DNA of 64,000 nucleotides from IMG/VR virus record IMGVR_UViG_3300032323_000793, positions 1 to 64,000 of that record; one strand, 5' to 3'. A model generated the notes under the pieces. The model did not search any database. It had not been told where the DNA came from and saw only the letters and a program-made list of their open reading frames with translations. Position 1 is the stretch's first letter, and every line of letters starts with the position of its first letter. Positions 58,474 to 64,000 of the stretch are shown here, in pieces. The stretch comes from a virus. The position numbers and the translations under genes are program-made.

Positions 58474-58820
58474 AGTTCTATGAGTTTATCTACTGATCTA
58501 GATTTTTTTATTTTTTCATACTGCCTAAAATATTCATAAACCGCAGTCATATACCTATCTAAAATTTCATCTTTAAAGGTATTCAAATTAGAAATTAAAA
58601 TAGGGGTATCATTTGAGTCTAGGAGAGGAACATTTTCAGTTCTTTGGTGATCGATCAGGAGTTGAACAAACACTATCAAAGATTTATCAATTTTAAAAAT
58701 GCCTCCATTATACCCGTAGGTTAAGTTAGCATCAATTTTCTCTTTGAGATTTTTACGTTCTAATGTTAGTGTTTGCCTAAATTTTGAAAAATCTAGGGCT
58801 TTGGCCAGACGTTCGTCCAT
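58470..58820 (-). CDS. Hypothetical protein, first gene of the GT/radical-SAM block
   Basis: MDERL.KAL.F...GG.F; AGGAG RBS. Confidence 0.65.
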   Translation of the reverse strand: MDERLAKALDFSKFRQTLTLERKNLKEKIDANLTYGYNGGIFKIDKSLIVFVQLLIDHQRTENVPLLDSNDTPILISNLNTFKDEILDRYMTAVYEYFRQYEKIKKSRSVDKLIEL

Positions 58821-58825
58821 GTGAA

Positions 58826-58869
58826 CTCCTATAAAATACGCACATTATTTATATGTGGTTTTATAGGAG
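58826..58869 (-). promoter_or_regulatory. RBS-sequestering hairpin with TATAAATA late promoter in its loop
   Basis: CTCCTATAAAA (58826-36) / TTTTATAGGAG (58859-69) plus CACAT/ATGTG; minus-strand TATAAATA at 58853-58846. Confidence 0.7.
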
Positions 58870-58875
58870 GAAAAA

Positions 58876-59847
58876 TTAACTGCCGGAAATAGAGCCTACT
58901 GTAGATGCGCTGCCGCCAACTAATATTGGTCCAGCAATAGCAAAACTGTTAGGAATTAATGAAGGGGCCAAATCGCCTCTAGCCCGTACTTGATCTACAC
59001 TTAATGTTAATGTTCCTGTGACTTCGTCAAAAGGAAGAATAGTAGTCGGTGTATGTGGAGATGTTGCAGGATCAACATAATTATCCTGCCATCTCACCGT
59101 TAGTATAACAGATGTTGCAGTACTAGTAGTTCCACTAGCCAATCTAGCCCGTAATACCCATGTGTTTGCAGTATAGGGACTGCTGGCCTGGAATGACCAA
59201 ACCTGTTGATCAGATGTGGTCAATTGCCAAAAACCAATATTATTGTATGTAGCGTTGCCGCCGGAGGCAGGGTATATAGTAGAATCACCGGCAAAAAAAG
59301 GCTGACCTGCACCGCTTAATAAACTAGACCATCTTTGATCTTGAAGGGTTCCTGATCCGCCCGATCTAGTGCTGGCAAATCTTATTCTACCGCCACTATT
59401 AAAGAAATATCTACAGGCATTATTATCTGCAAAATTGATTGTAACTGTGGAAGTAACTAGAGAAGTCCAGTTAGTGGATCTTGATTGAGATCCGATAGCC
59501 TCTGTAACAAACTGCCCTGAACCTAGATTAAATTTATTTGTTATTGCCTGATCTGCCAATGTGTTATATTGAAAATTAGGATGTGATGTTCCGTATCTTA
59601 TAACATCACCTTCATTAATTGTAGTAATACTTGGGGCTGAACCAGTTTGGTGTACTATGGCATTATAGATATCAAATCTTAAATTATCCCATTGTGCTTT
59701 AGTTACTGTGGCACCTGCCGATAATGCTGTAGGAGCATTTAAAGTTTGACCATATCCACTGCTAGTAGAACCTGGTCCCATGATACCAGAAATTTTAGTT
59801 CTAATATTGTTATAGTCCGTTACACTAATTAAATCACCGATTGGCAT
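58876..59847 (-). CDS. Virion structural (tail) protein
   Basis: S/T/G-rich; GYGQ, QW..L..D, R.FFNSGG.I. Confidence 0.6.
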   Translation of the reverse strand: MPIGDLISVTDYNNIRTKISGIMGPGSTSSGYGQTLNAPTALSAGATVTKAQWDNLRFDIYNAIVHQTGSAPSITTINEGDVIRYGTSHPNFQYNTLADQAITNKFNLGSGQFVTEAIGSQSRSTNWTSLVTSTVTINFADNNACRYFFNSGGRIRFASTRSGGSGTLQDQRWSSLLSGAGQPFFAGDSTIYPASGGNATYNNIGFWQLTTSDQQVWSFQASSPYTANTWVLRARLASGTTSTATSVILTVRWQDNYVDPATSPHTPTTILPFDEVTGTLTLSVDQVRARGDLAPSLIPNSFAIAGPILVGGSASTVGSISGS

Positions 59848-59857
59848 TTTTTATTCC

Positions 59858-61603
59858 TTATAACACTAACACTTCTATAGTTTTGACGCCAACATCTTGA
59901 TCGCTCTGTAAAGCGATACCAAAAACATCCGGATGTTGATGGAAACTGGCAGCAATAGCACAACCATTTTCTGTAGCCACTAATCGATCGCCTTTGCGTA
60001 CTGATCCTACTACCTTACACGGCACACGACCTTTTAATGCTATATATGTTCCACCTTCTAACTCACTGTTCATCATGAATGCTGGTGATTTAGATACTAT
60101 TCCAATGGCACGATCTCCAAAAACAGTGGCTCTAACTTCTGCTTCTCCGCCTACTGCTACTACTGTGCCTGGTTCATACTCACGATCTGTAAGATACTTT
60201 TCTGCTAAGTCAGCATATCGAGCGGCTGTGGCAGTCCCGTCAAACAACACTGCAAATAAATTACCCGAACTATCTCTGGCTGCAATGGTATTAGAAGCAG
60301 CAATAGTTTTAGCAGATCTATAACTAGCATCTATATCTGTAGCACTGTCATCAATTTTTAATCTATCCGACTTATCTGCAATTCCAATAAATCTATTTGC
60401 TGTAAGATTGGCTGATGCATCTCTGATAGCCACTGATACTGCTACCGCGCCAAACTCACTATTTAAACTGTTTAAAGTTAATGCATTACTAGCCGTTCCA
60501 GTAACTGAACCAATAACGTTTCCAGTGACTGTGCCGTTTAAATTTCCAATAACGTTACCAGTTAAATTGCCTACTACTGGGCCTGTATGTGTACCAGATG
60601 TGTTGCCAGTTACTGATCCACTTAGATTTCCTGTAAATGTTGTAGCATAAACATTAGCCCAATTTTCTGTAGATGAACCTAAATTATAAAAATTGTTAGC
60701 GCCTGGCAAAAATCCTGTAGAAGTAACATAAAAATTACGTGCATCGCTGGCCGAAACTCTTACACGAAGAGTCAGCGGGCTGGCTAATCTAGATTCAATG
60801 ATTGGTTCGTCACCATTCTCTATTTTAAGGACTAGATCTTTACTGTATGAAGGAAAATTACCGCCAATAGTTAAGCCAGGATCTGAATAATTTACTTCTG
60901 TATCGAATCGAACTTCGCCAGTTCTTACATATTCGCTGGCTAAAAAACCACCCAATCTTGCAGCATTTGATGCTGTTCCCCAATAGAAGTGATCAGTACT
61001 AGTAACTCCTGTAGACCCGTTAGTGTTTACAAGATTCAAACCTTTCTTTATTACAGTAAATCCAGTGATAGGATTCAATCCGCTATCTAGGGTAAACGCA
61101 TCTTTGCTAACAATAGCAATAGTATCACCACCAGAAATAATTTTTCCTATGCTGTGATTGGTTCCTAGAGTATCTTTTACTACCTGTGCTGTTAATGAGG
61201 CAGCACCTAATTCTGGGGTGGTTTCTGGTCCTATCAAAACATATGTAGAACCATTATAGGCATACAACTGTTCTGCGCTAGTATCAAACCAAAAATCTCC
61301 TGCTTGAAGACCAGATGGTGCTGTTGCACCTATTTCTGCACCGCTGGCAGTCCTAAATCGACTACCGTCATAAAATCTTAACTTTTTATTACCACTATCG
61401 TACCATATCTGTCCGGTTATTACCTTAGGCGGAGCACTGGTATTTGAGAAATTTTCTAATAAATGTAAAAAATTCTCGTTTTGTACTTCGCCGTATCCTG
61501 CGTAATTTTTACCCACAAAACGTATGTCGGTGGTGGTATCAATGGTTCCGTCTTCTACAGAAACTAATCTTGTTCCATTAAACTTGTCTACTTGATATGC
61601 CAT
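59858..61603 (-). CDS. Tail fibre/appendage protein with C-terminal peptidase G2-like autocleaving domain
   Basis: GKNYAGYGE.QNENFL.LLENF N-terminus; G.V.GN repeats; YADLAE...GRVPCKV.G...KGD.LV. Confidence 0.7.
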   Translation of the reverse strand: MAYQVDKFNGTRLVSVEDGTIDTTTDIRFVGKNYAGYGEVQNENFLHLLENFSNTSAPPKVITGQIWYDSGNKKLRFYDGSRFRTASGAEIGATAPSGLQAGDFWFDTSAEQLYAYNGSTYVLIGPETTPELGAASLTAQVVKDTLGTNHSIGKIISGGDTIAIVSKDAFTLDSGLNPITGFTVIKKGLNLVNTNGSTGVTSTDHFYWGTASNAARLGGFLASEYVRTGEVRFDTEVNYSDPGLTIGGNFPSYSKDLVLKIENGDEPIIESRLASPLTLRVRVSASDARNFYVTSTGFLPGANNFYNLGSSTENWANVYATTFTGNLSGSVTGNTSGTHTGPVVGNLTGNVIGNLNGTVTGNVIGSVTGTASNALTLNSLNSEFGAVAVSVAIRDASANLTANRFIGIADKSDRLKIDDSATDIDASYRSAKTIAASNTIAARDSSGNLFAVLFDGTATAARYADLAEKYLTDREYEPGTVVAVGGEAEVRATVFGDRAIGIVSKSPAFMMNSELEGGTYIALKGRVPCKVVGSVRKGDRLVATENGCAIAASFHQHPDVFGIALQSDQDVGVKTIEVLVL

Positions 61604-61625
61604 TGATCAACTCCGTATATACACT

Positions 61626-61634
61626 TATTTATCG
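61626..61634 (-). promoter_or_regulatory. Late promoter CGATAAATA
   Basis: Reverse complement TATTTATCG, upstream of the GGAG RBS of the gene starting at 61603. Confidence 0.6.
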
Positions 61635-61644
61635 TACCCTGTTA

Positions 61645-63474
61645 TTAAACTCTGCCCACTACAATTTCAATAATTCCGTCTACACCTTCGAAATCTTCCA
61701 GTGCTTTACCAATTACAGTGCCTATTTTAGGATCTATAGTAGGTCTAGCATAGCCGTTTCCGCCACTAACTAACATATCTCCTTTACAGATCTTGCCTCT
61801 AACTTTACAAGGAACTCTTCCCTGTAGTGCTAAAGCAACTACGTGATTGCCTTGCAATTCACTGTTCATTAAATATGCTGGATTACTAGACACAACTCCT
61901 GCTATTCTGCGGGTTTCATCTTCTGCTACTGTAACTTCTTGACTGCCACCAAACTCTAAAACTGTGCCTGGTTCATATTTTGCATCTGCTAGATAGTTTT
62001 CTGCTAGGTCGGCGTAACGTGCAGCAGTAGCAGTACCTTGAAATAGATTAGCATGAACTGTATTCCAGCGTTTAGTAAGAATACCTAAATTAGTCACATC
62101 GTCATTTTCTGGTATAAATGCAGGTGCGTTAGCACCTCCTAACGACAATGAAAGCGAACTATTAATTAATTTAAAATCTACATCGCCTAGACTATTATCA
62201 ATAATATTAAAAGCAATACCTTGCGACGAGGTATCTCTAATAGTAGGAATAGACACATCAATAAAAATGTCTAACTGTCCGGAATTACCTATAGATACAC
62301 CCGTGTCTGCCACGTTTAATTGGTTAAGAGTTCCTAGTTGAACAATGTTAGCCGCTAACTGTGTGCCAGTCAATGTATCTGCAGCAGCAGTAACAGTGAT
62401 ATCAGCACTACCATCAAACTCTACTCCGTTTATGGTTCTAGGGGTTTTTAGTCTAGTTGCAGTAAAAGCATTACCGGATAGTTGCGCTCCTACAAACTCG
62501 TTGGCTTGTACTACATTGAAAGAACTTATACCTTCAGCAGTTGTTACATTACCTGTGACATTACCTACTAAATTTGCTGTAATTGTTCCTGCCGCAAAAT
62601 CTCCGGCGCTGTCTCTGGCTACAACTTTACCTATTAAATTAGATGAACTAGCATCAACTGACCAAGTAACGGTATTTAAACCATTAAAATTGCTTCCTGT
62701 TAGATAACTACCTCTGTTTAGTGTACCTGTAGTCGATGACGTTATTGTTATATCATTTTGTCCATCAAATGCAATACCATTAATAAATCTTGGTGTTTCT
62801 AATCTAGTAGCCGACGCTGCGTTTCCTTCTACTGGGCCTATAAAATTATTATCAAAAGAAGGAAACGTATTTAGATTAACACCAGAACTAATTGTTCTCG
62901 ATACTCCATCTGTATAGCCTAGGTTGTATTTGTTAGTAATATGAGGCTGTTCGTTGGCTCTGATAAGATATGACGAACTGGCTGTTATAGATATAACTTT
63001 ATCATCTACAACATTTAATATGATTGGTCTTTGAGTGCCGGTGGAATCTACTAAAAAAGTAGAAATAGATCTAGTTTCTCCAAATCCCTCAAGGCCTTCG
63101 GGCCCAACAAGATTCCATGCATTTTCGTTATAGACAAATAATTGTTTTGTTGATTCTTTAAACCATAATGTTCCAGCGATGCCTTCGGGGCTAGTATTTT
63201 GAATTACTGTTGACCCAACAGGTACCCACTTATCTCCTTCATAAACATTAAGAGTTTTGTTAAAAGTATTAAACCACGTCTGTCCACTTATTGGACGAGA
63301 TGGCGGATTGTTATTGGCCCAATTTTCTAATAGGCCTAAGAAATTTTCATTCTGGATTTCACCATAACCTGTATAGTTACGTCCTACCAAACCTACACTT
63401 GTTGACGTGTTTACTGTTCCGTCTTCTAAGACTGTTAACAGTAACCCGTTGGTTTTATTAATTACATAAGCCAT
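61645..63474 (-). CDS. Tail fibre/appendage protein, paralogue of 59858-61603
   Basis: Same N- and C-terminal modules; two GNA..AT.L.TPR.ING..FDG..DIT.T repeats. Confidence 0.7.
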   Translation of the reverse strand: MAYVINKTNGLLLTVLEDGTVNTSTSVGLVGRNYTGYGEIQNENFLGLLENWANNNPPSRPISGQTWFNTFNKTLNVYEGDKWVPVGSTVIQNTSPEGIAGTLWFKESTKQLFVYNENAWNLVGPEGLEGFGETRSISTFLVDSTGTQRPIILNVVDDKVISITASSSYLIRANEQPHITNKYNLGYTDGVSRTISSGVNLNTFPSFDNNFIGPVEGNAASATRLETPRFINGIAFDGQNDITITSSTTGTLNRGSYLTGSNFNGLNTVTWSVDASSSNLIGKVVARDSAGDFAAGTITANLVGNVTGNVTTAEGISSFNVVQANEFVGAQLSGNAFTATRLKTPRTINGVEFDGSADITVTAAADTLTGTQLAANIVQLGTLNQLNVADTGVSIGNSGQLDIFIDVSIPTIRDTSSQGIAFNIIDNSLGDVDFKLINSSLSLSLGGANAPAFIPENDDVTNLGILTKRWNTVHANLFQGTATAARYADLAENYLADAKYEPGTVLEFGGSQEVTVAEDETRRIAGVVSSNPAYLMNSELQGNHVVALALQGRVPCKVRGKICKGDMLVSGGNGYARPTIDPKIGTVIGKALEDFEGVDGIIEIVVGRV

Positions 63475-63493
63475 TTATCGCTCCAATTCTTCA

Positions 63494-64000
63494 TCAAGAT
63501 ACAAACGACCAAGTATTACTTATAATCTGAAATGTTTTTACATTTCTAGATACAAGAATACCAGGTGCTGCTACAGTGGCTAATCCAAAAGCAATACTGC
63601 TAACTCCGAATGCAGTACCAGTCGGTGTATTAAATTCAGTAGTACCTGTAGATAATAACGGATTAATATCTAAAGACGTAGTACCATTTACCAATTGCGA
63701 ACATAATACACGAGCAATAGTTCCGTTTGCATATTCAGCAGCAGGAGCCACTTGTTCAACTAATCCAGCAATAGCAGAGTTAGATATACCGTCGGAGATG
63801 TCCATACTCAAAACAATACTTCTGCTTCGTACTGTATTATCTACATAATTTTTTGTAGCAGCATCTTGAGCAGTAGTTGGGTTAGCAACGTTTGTAATTT
63901 TCTTACTGCCTAGGTTGAGAGTACCTGTACCGTTAATATCTAAAGTTAAATCTGTGTTAGGAGCAGTCACTTCAATAGTGCTGTTATCCATAAACAAATC
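63494..64000 (-). CDS. Tail fibre protein C-terminal part (5'-truncated by the window)
   Basis: KITNVA.PT..QDAATK.YVD fibre motif. Confidence 0.65.
   Translation of the reverse strand, partial: DLFMDNSTIEVTAPNTDLTLDINGTGTLNLGSKKITNVANPTTAQDAATKNYVDNTVRSRSIVLSMDISDGISNSAIAGLVEQVAPAAEYANGTIARVLCSQLVNGTTSLDINPLLSTGTTEFNTPTGTAFGVSSIAFGLATVAAPGILVSRNVKTFQIISNTWSFVS

Noticed and set aside
1842-63848. Numerous antisense or nested ORFs in the track (e.g. 26862-27518, 25504-25947, 36830-37252, 62345-62707)
   Set aside because: They are shadows of well-supported genes on the other strand or frame, with no RBS or motifs.
1-64000. Stop-codon reassignment
   Set aside because: Recognisable genes are full length under the standard code and tile the sequence densely.
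1-64000. tRNA, rRNA, CRISPR array, IS or homing endonuclease, DGR
   Set aside because: No cloverleaf, regular repeat-spacer pattern, transposase/HNH/RT motifs or near-identical template-variable repeat seen; intergenic gaps are short. Checked by eye only.

Overview
A 64-kb, gene-dense, AT-rich segment of a large T4-like/jumbo-type tailed dsDNA phage with a Gram-negative host (GH19 endolysin plus two-component spanin). No tRNA, rRNA, CRISPR array or IS was recognised. From left to right: (1) tail-fibre/baseplate genes (1-7.2 kb); (2) a catalytically truncated DnaE-like mini-gene, GroES, MazG-like, TagD-like, clamp loader, dCMP deaminase and phoH; (3) a lysis cassette; (4) DnaJ, peptide deformylase and ClpA; (5) a late block of probable capsid-internal proteins with T4 IP-like N-terminal leaders, including a second GH19 and a nucleotidyltransferase, plus ErpA; (6) DsbA-like protein, family B DNA polymerase and probable sliding clamp; (7) a 7-deazaguanine DNA-modification region (DpdA/TGT, DpdL-like T-fold, an embedded GT-B glycosyltransferase, FolE, QueE; no QueC or canonical QueD in the window); (8) RNase H and small hypotheticals; (9) a minus-strand operon running from tail-fibre genes into four glycosyltransferase-like genes and four twitch/SPASM radical-SAM genes (five radical-SAM domains). 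Regulatory architecture is readable: near-consensus sigma70 promoters, T4-type late boxes (TAAATA, often CGATAAATA or TATAAATA), terminators, and several RBS-sequestering hairpins. The most promising undescribed systems are the glycosyltransferase-containing deazaguanine cluster, the tail-linked glycosyltransferase/radical-SAM operon, the half-DnaE gene, and the capsid-targeted enzyme cargo. All protein calls come from motif recognition by eye, not from database searches.
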